This document shows positions 58,451 through 64,000 of a DNA stretch of 64,000 nucleotides, piece after piece; the stretch's first letter is position 1; each line of letters opens with the position of its first letter. The DNA is from Candidatus Hydrogenedentota bacterium (GTDB lineage Bacteria; Hydrogenedentota; Hydrogenedentia; Hydrogenedentales; SLHB01): positions 32,001 through 96,000 of the forward strand of contig JARKSN010000288.1 of the NCBI GenBank assembly GCA_029974275.1. Reading direction: 5' to 3'. The translations under genes and the position numbers were made by a program. The notes beneath the pieces were generated by a model that worked only from the letters and a program-made list of their open reading frames with translations, was not told the origin of the DNA and made no database searches.

Positions 58451-61300
58451 ATGAAAAAACAACACGGCGGAAAAAGCAAACGCATCGGACACGTCGTGTC
58501 CCACACCCACTGGGACCGCGAATGGCGCTATCCCATTTGGGAAACGCGCCTGATGCTGATCGAGTTCATGGACGAATTGATCGAGGTGCTCGAAACGGGC
58601 AAGTACCCCGGATTCCTGCTCGATGGCCAAGTCTCGCCCGTGATCGACTATCTAGACGTGCGCCCGGAAATGGCCCCGCGCATCAAGGCCCTCGTCGCGG
58701 CGGGCAAACTCCAGATTGGCCCGTGGCTCATCCTGCCCGACGAATACCCCATCGACGGCGAATCGATGATTCGCAATCTGCTATGGGGCCGGCGCCGTTG
58801 CCAGACCCTTGGCGGCGTATTCGACGTCGGCTACACATCCTTCGGATGGGGTCAGACCGCGCAACTCGCCCAAATCTACGCGGGTTTCGGCATGGACGTC
58901 GCCATGATCGGCAAAAAGGTGAGCAAGGAGCGCGCGCCGTTCTCGGAATTCCTCTGGCGTTCCCCCGATGGCAGCGAACTCCTCACCACGCGCTTCGGCG
59001 CGCTGGGCCGCCAAAACTTCTACTTCAAGGTCCACCTCTCGGCCCTGGCAGGCACGCACCACGAAGGCCTGGGATGGCGCTACGAATGGGCGAAGGGCAG
59101 GGTCGCCTACCATCGCGCGGACGCCGAGGGCAAGGAACGCGACCATTACATGCTCGACGCGCCACAGACGTTCTGCCGGGAGATCATCACGCAGGAGATG
59201 CTCGAGGAAACCTGGGCCACCACCGATGAAAGCCTTCTTCCCAACGACCGCCTCATGCTGAACGGGTGCGACTACACCGCCAGTCAACCCATGTTCCCGG
59301 ACATGCTCCAGCGCGTGAACGAGGCCGACCAAGCCCCCGACCGCGAGTGGGTCCACACGACAATGCCGGCGTTCGTCGATCTCATGCGGCGCCAGATCGA
59401 CCGCAAGAAATTGCCGGTCGTGGACGGCGAATTGCGCGACGGCCCCGCGGCGGCATGCACGGGCAACGCGTTGCCGACGCGGCTCTATCTCAAGCGGATC
59501 AACCGTCGCGCCCAGGACTTGCTCATCCGATTCGCGGAACCGATGAGCGCCGTGGCAGCGTTGGCGGGCGCGGAATATCCGCAGACGTTGATCACGCGCG
59601 CATGGCAATTCCTGATGGAATCGCACCCGCACGACAGCGTCAACGGCGTCACGCAGGACAAAACCGTGCTCGACGTCGAAAACCGCTTGCGGCAGGTCAT
59701 CGAATTGGGCGAGGCGCTCGGCGATCGGGCCTTGCGCGAACTGACCCTGCGCACCGACATGTCCGCGTTCCGCGACGAGGACATCCTCATCACCGTCTAC
59801 AACCCGACGCCGTATCCGCGCCGCGAAGTGGTCGAGGCGTGGGTAAACGTGCCCGACGACATGCCCAAGAATCCCTTCTGGCCGCCCGCGCCGGAAGGAC
59901 TTCAGATGTTCGACGCAAAAGGCAAGCCCGTCTCCACACAAGCGCAAGGCCGCAGCGCCGAAGCCTATTGCGTCGCGGAATTGCACACCCGCGCGTTTCC
60001 ATACAACTGCCAGCGCCATCGCGTGTTCTTTGACGCCGGCGAGGTGCCTGCGGGCGGCTACAAAATCTTCCGCGCAGGCTCGCTCGCCGAAGCGACCGAA
60101 AAGGGCATCGAACGGTCGGACTCGCTCGTGCGCACAAGCACGCTGCTCAAGACGCCGAACATCATGGAAAACGAATTCCTGCGCGTCGAGATGAACCCGA
60201 ACGGCGCCTTCAACCTCACCGCGAAACGCCTGAATCGCACGTTCTCAAACTTGAACTACTTCGAGGACGCCGGCGACCTCGGCGACTATTGGATTCGCGA
60301 CTATCCGACGTACAACCAAATCCACACGTCGCTGGGCTGTTCTGCGCGCATCTGGAGCGAGGAATCCGGCCCGTTGCGCGCAACGCTCGTCAGCGAAATC
60401 ACGATGCGCCTGCCAAAACGCGCAAACCGCGAACACCGCTATCGCGTCGAGGAACTCGAAGACCTCACCATCCGCACCGCCGTCACGCTGTGCGCCGGCG
60501 CAGAGCAAGTCGAAGTCAACGTCTCGTTCGACAACCGCATCGAAGACCATTACCTCCGCGCCATGTTCCCAACCGGCCTGACAAACGCCACCCACGCGGA
60601 CGCCGCCGGGCACTTCATCGTCGACCGACGCCCGATCCGCCCGCAAGGACCATCGCCCGAAGCCGTTTGGTCGGACATGGGCACGTTGCCGCAAAATAAT
60701 TTCGTGGACGTCAGCGACGGCAAGACGGGACTGGCGTTCCTCAACGACAGCCTCGCCGAATACGAAGTGCTCGACAACGAAGAACGGACGATGGCGCTGG
60801 CGCTGTTGCGCGCCGTGCGCGTGTGGATCTGCACCGAGACCCGAGTCAGCGCGGACTTCCCCTCGCAGAAAGGCGCACAATGCCTTGGCCGTCACGAGAT
60901 ACGCTACGCGATCCGTCCGCACGCGGGCGATTGGCAAACGGCAAACATCCCGCTCGAAGCCGAACGCTTCTGCAGCGCGCTGCGCCTGGTCCAAACGCGC
61001 AAGCACAAAGGCTCCTTGCCCGCACAGCAGACTTCCCTCTTCGAAATCGACAACCGGATATTGCGTTTTGCCGCCATCAAAAAGGCGGAAGACCGCGACA
61101 CGTTTATTGTGCGCCTGTACAACCCCACCGGCAAGAAGACGAAAGGAAACCTGCGTTTCCGCGCGCCGGTGAAGAAGGCTTGGCGGACAAACCTCAACGA
61201 GGACCGCGTGGCGCCCATCGCCGTGGCAAAGCCCGGCGTGATTCCAGTGGAAGCCGATGCATACAAAATCGTGACCATCGAGTTTTCGAACGGCTCGTAA
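58451..61300 (+). CDS. GH38 family protein, MngB-like (atypical nucleophile motif)
   Basis: VSHTHWDREW, F.LDGQ...DY, GPW...PDE....GES..RNL..G, NGCD, HDS..G, C-terminal KKAED....I.R.YN. Confidence 0.85.
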   Translation: MKKQHGGKSKRIGHVVSHTHWDREWRYPIWETRLMLIEFMDELIEVLETGKYPGFLLDGQVSPVIDYLDVRPEMAPRIKALVAAGKLQIGPWLILPDEYPIDGESMIRNLLWGRRRCQTLGGVFDVGYTSFGWGQTAQLAQIYAGFGMDVAMIGKKVSKERAPFSEFLWRSPDGSELLTTRFGALGRQNFYFKVHLSALAGTHHEGLGWRYEWAKGRVAYHRADAEGKERDHYMLDAPQTFCREIITQEMLEETWATTDESLLPNDRLMLNGCDYTASQPMFPDMLQRVNEADQAPDREWVHTTMPAFVDLMRRQIDRKKLPVVDGELRDGPAAACTGNALPTRLYLKRINRRAQDLLIRFAEPMSAVAALAGAEYPQTLITRAWQFLMESHPHDSVNGVTQDKTVLDVENRLRQVIELGEALGDRALRELTLRTDMSAFRDEDILITVYNPTPYPRREVVEAWVNVPDDMPKNPFWPPAPEGLQMFDAKGKPVSTQAQGRSAEAYCVAELHTRAFPYNCQRHRVFFDAGEVPAGGYKIFRAGSLAEATEKGIERSDSLVRTSTLLKTPNIMENEFLRVEMNPNGAFNLTAKRLNRTFSNLNYFEDAGDLGDYWIRDYPTYNQIHTSLGCSARIWSEESGPLRATLVSEITMRLPKRANREHRYRVEELEDLTIRTAVTLCAGAEQVEVNVSFDNRIEDHYLRAMFPTGLTNATHADAAGHFIVDRRPIRPQGPSPEAVWSDMGTLPQNNFVDVSDGKTGLAFLNDSLAEYEVLDNEERTMALALLRAVRVWICTETRVSADFPSQKGAQCLGRHEIRYAIRPHAGDWQTANIPLEAERFCSALRLVQTRKHKGSLPAQQTSLFEIDNRILRFAAIKKAEDRDTFIVRLYNPTGKKTKGNLRFRAPVKKAWRTNLNEDRVAPIAVAKPGVIPVEADAYKIVTIEFSNGS

Positions 61301-61369
61301 AAAAGTGGATCAAGTCCAGCGCGCCCGCGAACGATTTCTTGCGGACGCCATGCAACGTGCGGGGTGATC

Positions 61370-62551
61370 ATGCGCATTCTCAAAGTCATCACGTGGTTTC
61401 CGCCGGCGTATACGGGCCAAGGATATCAAGTAAAGACGCTGGTTCCCTTTCTGCAACGAGAAGGGGCGCAGGTCGTCGTGCTCACTTCCAGCGCCGCCAA
61501 AACCGACGCCCGCGAGATAATGGACGGCTTCGAGGTGCACCGGCTCCGGCGCGGACGCGGACGCATAGGCGCCATCGGCTTCGCGGCGCGCGTGTTTTTC
61601 TGGGCCTTTCGCCGGCGCAAACACTGGGACATCATCCATCTCCACGGCGCGGAATGGTCGGCGCTAGGGGGCGTGTTGGCGGCACGGGCGCTGGGCAAAA
61701 AAAGCATCGTCGTCCTCACGCTGATGGGAGCCGACGACCCGCAATCGATCAAAGCCACGCGATTAGGCCGCATGAAAATCGCCGTTCTGGGCATGGCGGA
61801 CCGTTTCGTGGCGTTGTCCACCGCGCTGGTCCGCAGCGTGGAACAATCGGAATGGGACAGCGCGAAAACCGTCCAATTGCCTGAAGGCGTCGACGAAAAA
61901 CGTTTCGCTCCCCTTTCCGCCGAGGAACGCCTCGCCGCCAAAACAGCGCTTTGTTCGCAATGGGGATGGGACCCCAACGCGCCCTTGGCCGTTTTCGTGG
62001 GAGCGATCATCCGGCGCAAGGGCGTGGACATCGTGGCCCAGGCATGGCCCTCAATTCTTGCCGCCGCGCCGACAGCGCGTCTCCTATTCGTGGGACCGCT
62101 GAAAGGACAGGCGGACAATCACGAATTCTCGGACACGTTCGTCGCATCGATCCGCGCACGCTTCGACCGGGAAGACCTCGCAGGAACGGCTGTGTTTACG
62201 GACGCCGTGTCCGATCCAGAGCGTTTCTTGCGGGCGGCGGACGTTTTTGTGTTCCCGTCGCGCAACGAGGGGCTTCCCAATGCGTTGATCGAGGCCCAAA
62301 CCGCCGGGGTTCCCACGGTTGTCGCCGACATGCCCGGCATCGCCTCGGACATTGTCGAAGACGGCAAAACCGGCTTCATTGTTCCCCAGGACGACCCTGC
62401 CGCCGTGGCCTCCGCCGTGACCCGCATCCTGCAAGACCCCGCCTTGGCCGCATCCATGCGCGAGGCGGCGCGCCTTCGAAGCGTTCGCGAATTCAACATA
62501 ACCAGCGTGGCGCGGCGAACGATGGAAATGTATCGTCGGCTGCTCGACTGA
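61370..62551 (+). CDS. Glycosyltransferase family 4
   Basis: P.GVD..RF.P, FVG....RKG.D, ADVFVFPS..EGLPNALIEA...G.P. Confidence 0.92.
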   Translation: MRILKVITWFPPAYTGQGYQVKTLVPFLQREGAQVVVLTSSAAKTDAREIMDGFEVHRLRRGRGRIGAIGFAARVFFWAFRRRKHWDIIHLHGAEWSALGGVLAARALGKKSIVVLTLMGADDPQSIKATRLGRMKIAVLGMADRFVALSTALVRSVEQSEWDSAKTVQLPEGVDEKRFAPLSAEERLAAKTALCSQWGWDPNAPLAVFVGAIIRRKGVDIVAQAWPSILAAAPTARLLFVGPLKGQADNHEFSDTFVASIRARFDREDLAGTAVFTDAVSDPERFLRAADVFVFPSRNEGLPNALIEAQTAGVPTVVADMPGIASDIVEDGKTGFIVPQDDPAAVASAVTRILQDPALAASMREAARLRSVREFNITSVARRTMEMYRRLLD

Positions 62552-62579
62552 TTCGGCAACGCCGAGGCGACCGTCCGGG

Positions 62580-63422
62580 CTACATGAAATTCGAGACCAA
62601 CACCTCGCTGACGGCTCCGCGCCGGTCGGCTTTGCTGTTGATGGCGCGCGTGGCGAAGACTTCCCGGAGGGTGAATGCGCGGTAGAGTTCTTCGATAAAC
62701 GGCGTTTTCGAGTTCGAAAGCAACGCCTTGACGCCGCGCCGATCGAGCTCGGCGAAAACTTCGGCAAGACGTCGCTGTTGGTCCTCGCCAAAACCGCCCT
62801 TGTCGTAACTAGTGAAAGACGCGGTCTTCGACACAGGATGATAGGGCGGATCAAAATAAACAAAATCGCCCTTCGCGGCGCGCTCGATCACGGTCTCGAA
62901 CGGACGCTGCTCGATGCGAGCGTCTTTCAACGCCGCGGCCACCGCGCGCAGGTTTTCTTCGTCGCAAATCAGCGGGTTCTTATACCGGCCAAACGGCGTA
63001 TTGAACAACCCCTTGCTGTTCTCGCGATAGAGTCCGTTGAAACACGTCTTGTTGAGGTAAATGACGCGCGCCGCACGCGCGATGGCATCGGACGGCACCT
63101 CCGCGCGCATCGCGTAAAAATACGCTTCGCAATGCTTCTCCTTGTGCCCATGCAACAACGCGATGATCGCCTCGGCATTTTCCTGGACGCCCTTGTAGGC
63201 CTCGATAAGCCCCGCGTTGTTGTCGGAAAGACAAGCCTTGCGCCCCCTCATCCGCCCCAGCCGCGACAACTCGAAAAAAAGCGCGCCGCCCCCTACAAAC
63301 GGCTCATGATACTTCCCGAACGCCCCAGCCGCCTCGACCGCCTTCAGCAGGTCCGGCAACAATTGCCCCTTCCCGCCAACCCATTTGAGAAAGGGCCGCG
63401 GCGTAACGGTCGGACGCCCCAT
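62580..63422 (-). CDS. Dam/DpnM-like N6-adenine DNA methyltransferase (alpha class)
   Basis: RPFLKW.GGK.QL, EPF.GGGA, YLN.TCFNGLYR.N..G.FN.PFG, DPPY, SNS. Confidence 0.94.
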   Translation of the reverse strand: MGRPTVTPRPFLKWVGGKGQLLPDLLKAVEAAGAFGKYHEPFVGGGALFFELSRLGRMRGRKACLSDNNAGLIEAYKGVQENAEAIIALLHGHKEKHCEAYFYAMRAEVPSDAIARAARVIYLNKTCFNGLYRENSKGLFNTPFGRYKNPLICDEENLRAVAAALKDARIEQRPFETVIERAAKGDFVYFDPPYHPVSKTASFTSYDKGGFGEDQQRRLAEVFAELDRRGVKALLSNSKTPFIEELYRAFTLREVFATRAINSKADRRGAVSEVLVSNFM

Positions 63423-63427
63423 GCGTC

Positions 63428-63817
63428 TTACAGTCCGAAGTACAGTTCGAGCCATGCTTGCAAGTCGCCCAACTCGACGGCGGATCCCGTCGAGAGTAGA
63501 TACGATTCCATGTTCTGCGAAAAACCCGCGCCGCTATACACCACGATGCCGCGAATCGGCCACGCCTTGATGTCCTCGATGGTCGCCGGTATCTTCTCCT
63601 CGGCGCTGCCCGAACCGCCTTGAAACTTGCACTCGATCCCGAGACTGACGCGCGTCACGGGGTGCTTCAACACGATATCGATAAAGCGTTTCGCGCCCCA
63701 AATGCGCCGCCCCACGCCAACCTGCCGGGTCACGTTCAACCCCAAGGCCTCGCCCAACGCCGCGACGCGCGCCTCGAGGTCTTTGCCGGAATCAACAGCG
63801 ACGGCTTTGCCCGGCAT
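63428..63817 (-). CDS. Small PD-(D/E)XK nuclease-family protein (candidate restriction endonuclease)
   Basis: 129 aa; G..LE..V, FIDIVL, IECKFQ...GSAEEK motif; directly upstream of the MTase. Confidence 0.7.
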   Translation of the reverse strand: MPGKAVAVDSGKDLEARVAALGEALGLNVTRQVGVGRRIWGAKRFIDIVLKHPVTRVSLGIECKFQGGSGSAEEKIPATIEDIKAWPIRGIVVYSGAGFSQNMESYLLSTGSAVELGDLQAWLELYFGL

Positions 63818-64000
63818 CAGGGCTCCTCCCGATTCTTGGGCGCGCGCGGCAACGCGCCGGCCCACGACAACGCGCGGTAGCGCAGGATCATCCGAATCAT
63901 CTGAAGCCCCAGAAAAAAGGCCTTCACCTTGCTGCCGGTCACGCTGGACTCCCCAACGCGCTTGCGATAGTTCACAGGCACTTCGATGAACGGGACGCCG
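63817..64000 (-). CDS. Glycosyltransferase family 2, C-terminal fragment (window edge)
   Basis: Manual translation ...FIEVPVNYRKRVGESSVTGSKVKAFFLGLQMIRMILRYR...EEP*; EVPV.Y..R.GES is the DPM-synthase-like GT2 tail; TGATG coupling to the next gene. Confidence 0.7.
   Translation of the reverse strand, partial: GVPFIEVPVNYRKRVGESSVTGSKVKAFFLGLQMIRMILRYRALSWAGALPRAPKNREEP

Overview
A GC-rich bacterial chromosomal segment made up mostly of core genes. It runs: ffh-rpsP-khpA-rimM-trmD-rplS-rnhB, a TPR lipoprotein, mntP, tRNA-Ser(CGA), a GH115-like hydrolase, a U32/RlhA-like gene, an M23 peptidase-bactofilin pair, sufBCDSU, zwf-pgl, a polysaccharide cluster, cysS-larC-coaD, two GH38 genes, proB, ahcY, accD-folC, tRNA-Gln(TTG)-prs-rplY-pth-ilvN-ilvC, carB, a priming glycosyltransferase, xerC, spoIID-like-anmK-like, apbE, GH51, and a small PD-(D/E)XK nuclease with a Dam-like methyltransferase. 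I see no rRNA, CRISPR array, transposase or prophage. The best candidate for an undescribed system is an XRE helix-turn-helix protein fused to a class III nucleotidyl-cyclase domain, directly upstream of S-adenosylhomocysteine hydrolase (ahcY). The cyclase domain keeps the adenine-recognition residues but has lost catalytic ones, so it may be an SAH/adenosine-sensing regulator (inference). Other notable items are a GH38 lacking the nucleophile Asp, an AnmK homolog with a remodelled active site next to a SpoIID-type enzyme, a minimal restriction-modification-like pair, three families of intergenic palindromic repeats, and a long structured leader with tandem operator-like repeats upstream of the M23-bactofilin pair. 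All calls come from reading motifs by eye; no database searches were run. Start codons were adjusted by eye and may be off by a few codons.
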